The notes under the pieces were generated by a model. That model had not been told where the DNA came from. It searched no databases and saw only the letters and a list, made by a program, of their open reading frames with translations. DNA of 64,000 nucleotides from the human T2T-CHM13v2.0 reference genome, Homo sapiens: NCBI RefSeq assembly GCF_009914755.1, contig NC_060935.1; one strand, written 5' to 3'. This document shows positions 52,319 through 64,000 of this stretch, piece after piece. Numbering within the stretch: the stretch's first letter is position 1; every line of letters starts with the position of its first letter. Position numbers and translations under genes: made by a program.

Positions 52319-54959
52319 TCCACCCCTAAATCATGCAAAGAAAGAGTCGAGCTACCCAGAACCCCACTGGCTCCTGACAGTGGGGTCTGCTCTTGACGGG
52401 GCCTGCCCCATGGGTTCCCTGAGTGTTCCAGCCCAGGGCTCAGTTCTCATTGCCCTCTGCTCCCCTCCTGCAGCCACAGGGGCCTGCACAGGGTGGGCCT
52501 GCGTGGAGGGGGCTCCTGCTTCTGCATGGAGGGCCGTAATGAGGGGCCTCTGGCCTCTTCCTGAAGGTCTGTGGTGCCCAGCAGGAGATGGTGGGTCCCA
52601 TACACGGTTCTCTGAGCTGGGTGTGGGGCTGGAGAGAAGTTGGTGAGGGAGACAGAGGGTCGGGGGCCTTGCCGGGGAGAGATCATGTGAGCTCTTTCCA
52701 GTCACACAGGCCTCCGTGGTGCTCACAGGGTTCTCACTGCAGGTGTGCCGGGAGAAGATGGCTAGTGGCATGGGCACAGGCCACAGTGGAGCCAGACTGC
52801 CAGGGCCCAATTCTGGGTCTGCTAGTTCTTAGCTGTGTGATCTTAGTAAGTCTCAGTCACCTCAGCTGTAAAGAGGGGATAACGAGAGTCCCTACTTCAA
52901 AGGGCTGCTGTGAGAAGGCAATAAGTCACAGAAGGCCCTCTGGCTCACTGCACTGCGCGCACTGGTGCGCACGTGATGCCCACGATCACTCACACCTCTT
53001 GCAGATAAGGCATCTTTGTGGGATGCTCTGCAGACACTCGCCTCACCCCACCTGGGAGGAGAATATGAATCTAATACCTGACAAGCGGGCTACCATACCT
53101 GGGGAGGCTTCGATGGGGACCCAGCCTTGCCGGGTGGCTCCCTGGGGACCTTCTCTGCCCACATAGGTGGTGGGGCAGAAGAACATGACTTCCGTGGGCC
53201 TCATCACCAGAGCAGGGCAGTGAACACACCTCAGGCCACAGCCACCCGCCAGGGCCAGTGTCTCGCCACTTAGAGATGAATGTTTGATGCTCAGCCTCAG
53301 GGGCTCTCTGAGCAGCAGTGAGGAACACGGCCACCTGCTGGGCCACCTGGAGTGAGCTGGAGCCCTGGGCTAAGGGGAGAGGGCTGGGCCCTGTAAACCC
53401 ACGTGTGTGGCTGTCATCTGCTGAGGGTCAGTCCTATGCAGTGAGCTCCCTGCAAGCTGCCGTGGGTGCTTCTGCCCTGACCCCTGTTCAGCCCCAACAC
53501 CTGGAGTATGGTCTTGCCTTTTCGGGCTCAGCTTCTTCATCTATAAAGTGTGCATAATGGCATCACCAGCTTCTCAGCGGTGTTAGGAGAATCCGTCAGA
53601 CCAGAGGCAGAAAGAGCATTAGGGAGAAAATACAGTTCTGAGTGCCATGTGCAGGAAGAGGCCACCATCTCAAGTGCAAGGGGAGTGTAGGGAGGGGACA
53701 GGCTAAAGGAGGGTGCACAGGCCTTTGGGCCTGGCCAGGCCTGGGTTCTGATCCTTCCTCTGCCTCAGTGTGGACTCGGGCAGGTGGTGTCTGGCTGAGC
53801 CTCAGTTTCCTCGTGTGTAAGATTGGATGATAGTTTGTATTTCACAGGCTGTGGTGGGTCTCAGAGGGGCAAAGCCCCCAGCACCGTGGCTGGCACATGG
53901 GAGACACTCGCCAAGGGCTGGATCTGGTGACCTGGGGTGCCATTGTCAGCAGGTCCTGGGTTTGGATTTTCCTGGGTATAAGGAGGCCCTGGCTGAGCCA
54001 CAGAGGCAGGGAGGGAGGCTGTAGAAGCCTCAGCCGGTTGCCCACAACCTCAGGGCCAGGAGCCACCATCACCAATGATATATTTAGAGTCACAAAGGTC
54101 AGAAATACCAGGCGCTGGCTTCCCTTCTAGGCGGCAGGAATCGTGTCTCCCGAGGCCTGGCTGTCACCAAGCAGATATTTTTTCCTGTCTGGCAGTCTGA
54201 GGATTGGAGTAAAAGCCTGGAATGTAGGAATCACAGTGGTTTGTGCTGGCTTACTGACACTTTCCATGTCCCCAGCCCTTTCCAAAGCCTGTGGTGTGAT
54301 CCTTGGGAGCCCCACCTGCCCTGCTATTCCAGATCACCCTGGGCCCCAATGTGCATCATCCATTCCCAACGTGCTCCGGCTCCCTGCCCTTCTGCCTTTG
54401 CTTATTCCGTTGCCTCCACTGAGAATGCCCACTCCTCCTCCTCTGCATTTCTGAAATGGATGCTTCCTGCTAGGCCGGCTCTCATGGCTCTTCCTTTAGG
54501 GAGCCTTTCCCGACACCCTCTACCTCCTGGAAGAGCCTGCTCTGCCCTTCATGCTTCCAGAAAACCTTTCCTGTCTGACTTGAGGCCTTTGATCCACTGA
54601 CTATCATTCTGTGTCTCTCAGACTCAACCACAACCTCTTGGAGGACAAGGGTCAGGTTAGGCAATAGTAGTGCCTGTTACATAATAGGGAATCAATCGAT
54701 CTTTGCTAAAGCTATGTGCCCCTATGAGGTGGAAGGGTTAGGTAGTATACCCCTCTTATTGATGAGGGAAAAATGGCTCCCAGAGAGAATCATTTATTTG
54801 TCCAAGACCATCCAGAAGAGAGCAAGTGGTAGAAGGATTAGATCCCAGGTCTTCTTTTGAAAATAAATCAAGAAGGTCAGCTAGAGCCATGCCAGTGTTC
54901 CTTCTGGCTCTGGGATGCTGTGGTTCTATGGTTAAAAATGAGGTAGTGGGAGAGACCGA

Positions 54960-55125
54960 CGAGTAATGGACGAATAGATGAAAGAATGGATAAAAAGACG
55001 GATATGTGGATGGATACAAGTGAATGGATGGAAGGAGGGACATATGGATTGAAGGAGACACAGCTGGGTGACTCAGTGGATGGGTAAACAAATGGCTGAG
55101 AAGGATGGATGGAGGACCATGGATG
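54960..55125. repeat. Degenerate (TGGA)n simple repeat
   Basis: Recurrent GGATG/GAATG units. Confidence 0.7.
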
Positions 55126-57780
55126 TGCTTCTCCTTGCGTGCCTTCAAAGCGGAAGTCCCACCTCTCACAGGATGAACACATCCTGGACGATGGGACTTG
55201 GAAGCATGGACTTCAGGGCAGTAGGCAGAGTGGAGTGGCCCAGTACATGTGTGCAGAAAGTGGGACTGCCAGATGCAGGAGGTGGGATGGTTTGTGGAGT
55301 GAGAGAGCTGGGAGCTGGGGACAGAGACTGGGCTGAGGGACTGGCCCACTCTCAAAGGTGAGAGTCCCTGATGGCAGAGAACCAGGACCAGGCTGGAAAG
55401 AAGTTCCAGGCAGAGTCATGTGGCCGGCAAGCCCTCAGGACCTGTGGTTTTCCAGACCTGCCTCTGGCCGAAGCCTGAAGGGCAGTCAGTGAGTGGGGGA
55501 TTGCCCTTTGAACCCTAGGCTGTGTGAGAGAGTCTGTGGTTTCAGTCTGCTCCGGAGTAGGGAGGTCTCTCTTCCTCCTCAGGTCCCCAGCCTTGGTGAG
55601 TGAGAACCTCTGATAGCTCAGGCAGGATGTGTTCAAGGAGGCAGTGCAGCTTCACCAGCTGCAGAGAAGGTGCTGAGGAGGGGGCCCTCCTGAGGCCGCA
55701 GAAGACCCTGGCTCAGGTATACCAGGATCCACCATCTTCCCACCGCTTTTTGCTATCAACCCCCAGGTGTTAGCCATGAACTCCAAGGCTTTAGTTCTAA
55801 TTGCTTGTGGACCAGTGAAGGGACCACAGGCATAGGTGGCCAATGTTGAGCTTGGTGGAGCCTGGATGCTTAGATGCTTCTGGCCTGGAGCAGATTCTTC
55901 CAGCTGGAGCTAAGTCTCTCCATTTGCACAAGGCACAGCACTGTGAGCTCCAGGCTCCCTCCAAAGCCCTGATCTAGCATTCCCCAGCACCAAGCTGCAC
56001 CCCCCACACATATACACTGGCCCGGCGATCTCCCTGGGAAACCAGGTCCCGATGAGAGTGGCTGGTGTGCCGCTAACTGCTCATTACAGTCACGGCTGCA
56101 GCTAAGTATAGCTCCAGCACACACAAGACTAAGACAACAAGGGAACGTCTTCCCATAAAAAAGCTCCACATGCAAACACACAGACATCTGCACACACAGG
56201 CTCCCCACCCTCGTGCAAACTCATGGCCTTGCACACACATGAATGCATACTTGCACCAATGCAAAGCTTTATCATTTATTTACTCAGTCATTCAATAAAT
56301 GTTTGTCAGGGGGCCAGTAGAGTGGTTAAGTGCATGTGTTCTGGAGTCAGACAAAATTGGGTTTCAAATTCTACCTCCCTCACTTCCCGGTTGTATGACC
56401 ATGGACAACTTAACCTCTCTGAGCCTCAGTTTCCTTCTTTATAAAATTGGGGTGGTGGCCACCTTGTGGACCAGTGGTGTAAAGGTAAATGAGATGGGGG
56501 CATGTCAGAGCGCTTAGAATAGGCCTGGCTCAGAATGTGTCAGTACGTGGTAGCTGCCTTCATCATTACTGTTGAGTACCTACTGTGTGCCCAGTTCTGC
56601 ACTCTTATTTCTGGAGATGGTTGTGAAAAGTAGTGCCTGGTGCATAATAGGCATTCAGTAAATGTTTGATGATGGAATGAATGAACAAATGAATGAAAGC
56701 TGCATAGATGGGTGGCTGAAGGTCCTCAGAGCTTTCTTCTTTCAGGAGGAATTCACCCTCCGTTGACTTGCATGCAGGCTGTGTCTCCGATAAGATCTAG
56801 ATGTTCTTGTGGGTAACACAGGGATTCCAGAGATAGAACAGGAACCCGAAGGTGTCTGGGCCACCCCTCATTTTGCAGATGGGGAAACGGCAGTGCAGAG
56901 AGGCAGCAAGGAGCAGGCATTGTCCCATGCCAGTCAGCAGTCAGTGGCCGGAGCCCAAGGCTGCCACCTTGAGCCATCCTAGCACAGTGGCCTAGCATAG
57001 CAGGTGGTGCCTGGTCAAGCTGCAGCCCCTGAGCCCCAGGCAGCTGGAGTCTGGAGCCTGGAGAATGCTCAGGCTACAGTCCTGGTCCCGGCTTGGACAG
57101 CCACAGGAATCATGCAGTCACACATCAGTCAGATCCCTGGCTGGGCTGTCAGTCAGGCTGGGGCCTCTGGCCAGCACTAGGCAGGGTTCCATCTGCCAGG
57201 GAAGGGACTTGGGTCTAGCCTGGGTACAAAACAATCTTCAGGATTTGAAGGTCCTGTCATCGTTCCCGACCTTTGAATAAACCAGCCGCTAAACTGCCTG
57301 GGCCATCTCCTCCCATTGCGCCTCTTCAAAAAGAAATTGACATTTCCTGGTGCTTTTTTAAGCCCAGGCTGGCTGGGCCAGGCCCCGGCGTGGGGGGTGG
57401 GGAGGGGGCGGGTGGCAATGGGAGTCACACAGCCTGAGTCTCTCCTCACCTTGAGTGATCTCAAGACGCTGGGAATAGACATGGTCTCATCTCCTCACCA
57501 TGTGTCCCAGATTCCAATTCCGATGCCCAGATTCCAGATTCGCCACTCCAGTGCCCGCATCCAGGTTTTGAATTCCACAATCCAGTGCCAGTTCTGCCCC
57601 GTAGACAGGACTCAGGCTGTTGGACTACATCATGAGCGCCTTCAGCTGGCCTGTCTGCTGGGAGGGAAGGATGTATCTGCCCTCTCTCTGGAAAGGAACT
57701 CTGTGACCTTGTGCGCACTCTCCATGAATGACATGCATCACTCATGTTCATGGCTGGTGGGGATTCAGGCCTTTGTTCAC

Positions 57781-58240
57781 TGATTGTGCCCATTGTCAAG
57801 GAGATGAAAGTGATTGTGCCTGCTGCCAGTGTAGACATGAGTCTGCTTTCAATGAATGCACTCATTGCCAGTGTAGATACGGATCTGCTCTCAATCACTG
57901 TGCCCACTGCCAGTGTAATAAACACTCTGTGCAAAGATCAAGAATGCCCATTGCCAATGAGAGCATAGCTGAAAGATCAGTGATCATGTCTATGGCTGGT
58001 TGAGTCACAGATTGGTGTATGGAGATTATCTTTTTACCAGTGTAGCGCTTCCGTTACTGTGGTCAGTGCCCATGTAAATGCAACTCTGAAATCAACGATT
58101 GTGTACATTGCCAGGGTAGACGCAGATGTGGTATCATTGAATCAGTGACTGCCCATATTGACAAGGGGCAGCAAGCACCAGCCGCCGGGGGCTCACTTCT
58201 GAAGGAGGCTGCAGGGAGTAAACCATTGTGCCCATTATGC
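57781..58240. repeat. Degenerate ~42-bp tandem repeat with core TGTGCCCATTGCCAGTGTAG
   Basis: Core at 57781, 57811, 57853 and 57895, with decayed copies at about 57940, 58035, 58065, 58099, 58148 and 58226. Confidence 0.7.
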
Positions 58241-58429
58241 AACTAGAGGGAGTGAGGCAAGTGGACATAGGACCCATGTCCACGACCTTCTTTCCACAGA
58301 GGAAACCTATGCTTGTGCTCCCCATTTCCTGGAGGAAGGAGCCTCCTTTCCCCTACTAGTTGGAGTGTTTGGCTGGGTCTTTGAGGCAGGGCCACCCTGA
58401 CCCTCAGATTCAGCCACCTCATGGACCTT

Positions 58430-60125
58430 ACATTCTAGAGGGGGAAGAGAGTCAAACAACAAACATGAACACTAAGTAAATTAGACAGTGTCAATGCCAA
58501 CACGCAGCCAACTGGATACTTACAACAGAGACCTGATTTCAAATCCTGCTGCCACTTCTGAGTTACGTGGGATTTTCTCGCACATCTTAACCACTCTAAA
58601 CCTCAATTTTCTTATTTTCTTATAGGTAAATTATACCTTGATAAAGCTGAGGAAAGTTGGCATCTTAGATGATCTGTGCTGGGGGGAACAGCAGAGTAAG
58701 GAAAACCAGATTTTCCTTACTGGAGGTGTTGGTTGAGACTTGAAATAGGGTGGTCAGAAGCACCCTCTTGGGGTGCCATGAGGCAGTGAAGGGGTAAGCC
58801 ATAGGCGTACCTGGGGAAAGGCGTTCTAGGCAGAAGGAACAGCCAGTGCAAGAGCATGGAGGCAGGCGTGTGTCTGGCATATTTGAGGAACATGTTTGAG
58901 GAGGCAGATGTGAAGATGATGGTAGCAGGGAGGAGTTTGGGGAGATAATGGATGACCAGATCAAGTCGGATCTGCAAGCCATTGAGAAGACCTTTGCTCC
59001 TCCTCTGAGAGAAATAGGGCGCCAGTGCAGGATTCTGAGCAGAGAAATGACACAGTTCGATTCATGTTTTAAAAGCTGTGTTGAAAACAGTCCTAGCGCA
59101 CCAGGAATGTTGGAACCTGGGAGACCAGTTAAGAGACTGGTCTATTACCATGACCCGGGGGGAAAGGATGATGGCTGGGACATGGGTGGTCACAGCAGTG
59201 ATGGGAAGGGCTCAGATGCTGGGTCTATTTTTCAAGCAGAGCCACGAGGATTTCCTTACAGATTAAATGTGAGATGTGACAGAAAGAGATGTGTCAAGGA
59301 TGACTCCAAGGTTTTTGGCAAGAATGTCCTGGAAGGATGGAGACACTCTCTCATGAGATGGAGAGGCTGCAGGGGGTGGGGGTGGCACAGGAGTTCAGTT
59401 GACGTGTTGAGTTTGAAAGAGCTGGTAGAATTCCATCTGGAGATGCCAGGGAGTTGGATGCTGGAGTCCTGAGTTCAGGGGAAGGGCTGGGCTGGAGATA
59501 AGCCTTTGAGAGTGTGCTGTTTATGGGTATTTGAATGATGGTGGCCTTTAAGTCATAAAACTGGGTTAACCACTAAGGATGTGAGTGTAGATGAAGAAGA
59601 GGAGCAAGGACTGAGCTCCAGGGTGCCCCGATAGAGACTGGGGAGAAGAGTTGGCAAAGGACTCCAAGAAGGAGCAGCCAGAGAGGTAGGAAGAAAATCC
59701 AGAGGCTATGCGGTCCCAGGAAGTGCAAGAAGAAGGAGGGAGGGATCAGTGGCATCAGATGCTGCTGGTGAGTCAGGAACATGAGGCCTGAGCAGCGCTC
59801 CCCTTCTCTCTGCCTAGAATGTGCTTCCTTGCACCTTGCATTTCCCTAGTTGATTCTTATCCATCCTTCCAACCTCTGCACAGTTGTCACTTTCTCCTGG
59901 AAGCCACTCTAACCTCAAGACTTGTTGTTAAAGGCTTACCAAATGCCTGTGCATTCCCCTTGATGCCCCTGTCAGCTCACATAGGTACATATTTGCTTGT
60001 ATGGTTAATTGATAAATGTCAATGTCCCCCTCTCCTACTCCTCCCCCAAGAAGCTGTGGCTGTTTTTGCTCACCCTATACCCAGTACCCTGTATAGGCCT
60101 GGAATAAGATGTAAATATTTGTTAG
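58430..60125. mobile_element. L2 fragments (mainly minus strand to ~59790, short plus-strand piece after)
   Basis: GGCAGAAGGAACAGCCAGTGCAA, TCAAGGATGACTCCAAGGTTTTTGGC, GGAGTTCAGTTGACGTGTTGAGTTTGA. Confidence 0.65.
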
Positions 60126-60208
60126 AGGGACACAGGTGGGCAGTCAACTGTGGTCCCACCTGGGTTTTGTCCATTACCCTCCCTGAGCCATTTTTATTCC
60201 CTTCCCTC

Positions 60209-60211
<3 letters not shown>

Positions 60212-60247
<36 letters not shown>
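60212..60247. repeat. (AC)n microsatellite
   Basis: Direct reading of the sequence. Confidence 0.95.
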
Positions 60248-60250
<3 letters not shown>

Positions 60251-61299
60251 TGTACATTGGGAGTCAGGACCCCTGACTCGATACAAACACACAAGTGGGC
60301 ACAGGAGGGAAATTTCCTAGTGAATTCCAAGTGGACTCCATTCCTAGCTCCTCCATGGAGGTTGGAGCCTCAGTTTTCTCATCTACCAAATGGAAGCCAT
60401 CAAGACTGTCCTGCTGATGGCCCAGTTGGGGGGCGGGGGTGTGTGTGTTGTACATATAAGATCCAAAACATGAAGATGTGCTATATACTGAAGAAGGCTG
60501 TGCCTATTGTCATCATAATGGGAAGATAAACAGCTTTCTCCCAGGACTACCTGGGGGTGATGTGAGAAAGATTTATAAGTGGAAGTAATAGAGCATAGTG
60601 GTTTTGGAGTCAGAGAGACCTGGTTTCAAAGCCCACCTAACACTTTCGAGCTATGTGGGGGATTTTTGCACGTCTTAACCACTCTGAACCTCAGTTTTTT
60701 AATCTGCAAAATGGAGGTAATGATGCCTCCTTCGGAGAAGCTTTTAAAGATAAATGAGATAATGTTTGTAAAGTGCTTGACCTCTGGTGAGCATGCTATT
60801 ATTACTGTATAGCAGAGGACAGAGAAGCTCAACAAAGGTAAATATTCCTATGGCCAAGGTGGTTATGAGGATTAAAAAGGGTAAAATGTGCCATCCATTT
60901 AGCCACACACAGTGAGTGATGAACAAAAGCAGACTCTGAAGCAGGTCAGGGGAGATGGTGCAAGGAAGAGAGCATGAAGGAAGCCCGAGGAAGCCTGGCC
61001 TGCAGGAGGGATGTCTCAGGGGCATGTCCTGAGTCTTATCTGCAGGTATAGGCAGGACCATCACAGGGAGGAAGAGGAGCAGGTGTCTTCTGATGACCCC
61101 AGAGGGCAGACCTGTGATTGCTGGGAAAATGAGACAGGAGGTTGACTTACATGAGAAATAAATGCATGTCTCTTAGACTGGTTCAAAGACGGAATGAATG
61201 GCCTCGTGAACTTCCCATCACTGGTGGTGACCAACACAGACATCTGTCTCAGGGTCACTGCAGATGAGATCATTGAACTGCCCCCTTGAGAGGCCTATA

Positions 61300-63681
61300 C
61301 AGGCATACCTCGGTGATATTGTGGGCTTGGTTCCAGACCACAGCAATAAAGTGAATATCACAATAAAGCAAGTCACATATTTTTTGGTTTCTCAGAGCAT
61401 ATAAAAGTTATATTTATACTATACTGTACATTATTAATTGTGCAATAGCATTATGTCTAAAAATGTACATATCTTAATTTTTAAATACGTTATTGCTTCA
61501 AAATGCTAACAATCATATGAGCCTTCAGTGAGTCATAATCTTTTTGCTGATAGAGGGTCTTGCCTCAGTGTTGATGGCTGCCGATTGATCAGCGTGGTGA
61601 TTGCTGAAGGTTGGGGTGGACATAGCAATTTTGTAAAGTAAGACAACAAAGAAGTTTGCTGCATCAATTGACTCTCCCTTTCACAAAAGATTTCTCTGTA
61701 GCATGTGATGCTGTTTGACAGCATTCCATCCACAGTAGAACTTCTTTCAAAACTGAAGTCAATCCTCTCAAACCCTGCTGCTGCTTTATCAGCTGAGTTT
61801 ATGGAATATTCTAAATCCTTTGTTGTCATTTCAACAATGTTTATAGCATCTTCACCAGGAATAGATTCCATCTCAAGAAACCACTTTCTTTGCTTATCCA
61901 TAAGAAGCAACTCCTCATCTGTTCAAGTTTGATCATGAGATTGCAGCAATTCAGTCACATCTTCAGGCTCTACTTCTAATTCTAGCTCTCTTGCTATTTT
62001 CATCACATCTGCAGTGACTTCCTCCACTGGAGTCTTGAACCCATTAAAGTCATTCACGAGAATTGGAATCAACTCCTTTTGAACTCCTGTTAATGTTGCT
62101 GTTTTGACCTCCTCCGATGAATCACAAGTGTTCTTAGTGACATCTAGAATGGTAAATTCTTTCCAGAAGGTTTCAATTGACTTTGCACAGATTGATCAGA
62201 GGAATCAGTATCTATGGAAGCTACAGCCTTATGAAATGTATTTCTTAAAGAATATGACTTGAAAGTAAAAATGACTCCTTGGTCCATGGGCTTCAGAATG
62301 GGTGCTGAGTTAGCTGGCAGGAGAACAACATTCATCTCCTTGTACATCTCTATCAGAGCTCTTGGGTGACCAGGTGCATTGTCAATGAGCAATAATATTT
62401 TGAAAGGAATCATTTTTTCTGAGCAGTAGGTCTCAACAGTGGGTTTAAAATATTCAGTAAACCATGCTATAAATAGATGTGCTATCATCCAGGCTTTGTT
62501 GTTCCATTTCTAGAGCACAGGCAGAGTAGATTTAGTCTGATTCTTAAGGGCACTGGGACTCACAGAGTGGTAAGTGAGTATTGGCTTCAACTTAAAGTCA
62601 CCAGCTGCATTAGCCCTTAACCAGAGAGTCAGCCTGTCCTTTGAAGCTTTGAAGCCAGGCATTGACTTCTTCTCTCTAGCTATGAAAACCCTCAATGGCA
62701 TCTTATTCCAATAGAAGGCCATTTAATCTGCATTGAAAAATCTTTTGTTTGGTGTAGCCACTTTCATCAGTGATCTTAGCTAGATCTTCTGGATAACTTG
62801 CTACAGCTTTTCCTTCTCTATCAGCATTTGCTGCTTCTCCTTGCACTTTTATGTTATGGAGAGAGCTACTTTCCTTAAACCTGATGAACCAACTTCTGCT
62901 AGCTTTAAACTTTTCTTCTGCAGCTTTCTCACCTTTCTTAGCCTTCCTAGAATTCAAGAGAGTTAGAGCCTTGCTCTAGATTAGGCTTTGGCTTAAGGGA
63001 ATGTTGTGGCTGTGTTTCATCTTCTATCCAGAACACTCAAACTTTCTATCAGTAGTAAGGCTGTTTTGCTTTCTTATCACTCATGTGTCTACTGGAGTAG
63101 CACTTTCAATTTCCTTTTAGAACTTTTCCTTTGCATTATTCAGACTTGGCTGACTGTTTGGTGCAAGAGGCCTAGCTTTTGGCCTATCTCAGCTTTCGAC
63201 ATGCCTTCCTCACTAAGCGTAATCATTTCTAGCTTTTGATTTAAAGTGAGAGGCATGAAACTCTTCCTTTCACTAGACCACCTAGAGACCATTGTAGGGT
63301 TATTAATTTGCCTAATTTCAATATTGTTGTGTCTCAGGGAATAGAGATGCCTGAGGAGAGAGAGAGATGGGAGAACAGCCAGTCAGAACTCAGATAACAT
63401 TTATCAATTAAGTTTGCCATCTTATACGGGTGTGATTTGTGGTTCCCCAAAACAATTACAATAGTAGCATCAGAGATCAATGATCACAGGTCACCATAAC
63501 AGATATAATAATAATGACAATTTGAAATATTGCTAGAATAACCAAAATATGACACAGAGACAAAAAGTGAGCATATGCTGTTGGAAAAATAGCACGGGTT
63601 GCCACAAACTTGAATTGGAAAAAAAATTGCAATATCTGTGAAATGCAATAAAGCAAAACGCAGTCGAACGAGGCATGTCTG
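61300..63681 (-). mobile_element. Near full-length Tigger1 (pogo/Tc1-mariner) DNA transposon with a disrupted transposase
   Basis: TIRs CAGGCATACCTCG (61300, preceded by TA) and CGAGGCATGTCTG (ending 63681); length ~2.38 kb. Minus-strand ORF fragments are CENP-B HTH/DDE-like: [52 protein letters not shown]...PMDQGVI. Confidence 0.95.
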
Positions 63682-64000
63682 CATATCCTATATGGAGCGC
63701 CTTCCTACTCACTGCCTAATCTGGGAATCTTATTCACGTATTTCTTATTCCAATCTGTGGCTTTCCCAAAAAAATGTTTGAGGCACCTAAGACACACCTA
63801 CCACAGAACCCTTAAAAATAAAGAAGAAAAAATACATGTAGTATAATGAAGAAAAGAAATAGCTATACCCCAAACCCAGGTAAAGGATTCGCCTAGAATT
63901 GAGCACTAAATTTAGCCGAGCTCCCTGGCAGTCAGAGCAAAAGAGAAAATGTGAAGGGTTTTATGACTCATCATTTACTAACAGAAATGTAGACAGGCGT

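Noticed and set aside
58948-59472. 174-aa ATG-started ORF
   Set aside because: Lies in an antisense L2 fragment; no domain or splice support.

Overview
Primate (most likely human, chr11p15.1) genomic DNA. It holds the complete three-exon MYOD1 gene (+; CDS 23473-24102, 24592-24670, 24945-25198 = 963 nt, 320 aa). Its known upstream control regions are present: the core enhancer at ~3.25-3.5 kb (about -20 kb), the distal regulatory region at ~18.0-18.5 kb (about -5 kb) and the proximal promoter in a CpG island. Further on are the CpG-island promoter, 5' leader and first coding exon of KCNC1/Kv3.1 (+; 39710-40279, T1 domain); the rest of the window is KCNC1 intron 1. The remaining DNA is mostly interspersed repeats: six Alus, L1/L2/MIR, MaLR LTRs, MER20/MER5, a nested hAT fossil and a near full-length Tigger1. 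I found no new protein-coding gene; nearly all other ORFs are repeat- or GC-derived noise. The best novel candidates are all regulatory hypotheses: (1) a hierarchical 18/36/72-bp CpG-rich minisatellite between the two MYOD1 enhancers that forms a dense array of MTF1 (MRE), RCGTG and TEAD motifs; (2) an in-frame GUG in optimal Kozak context inside a 5'UTR G-quadruplex that could give MYOD1 a 43-aa N-terminal extension; (3) a uORF cassette with G4 directly before the KCNC1 start; (4) a MEF2/E-box/MCAT cluster in KCNC1 intron 1; (5) a templated-insertion repair scar. Repeat boundaries and subfamilies were judged by eye and are approximate.
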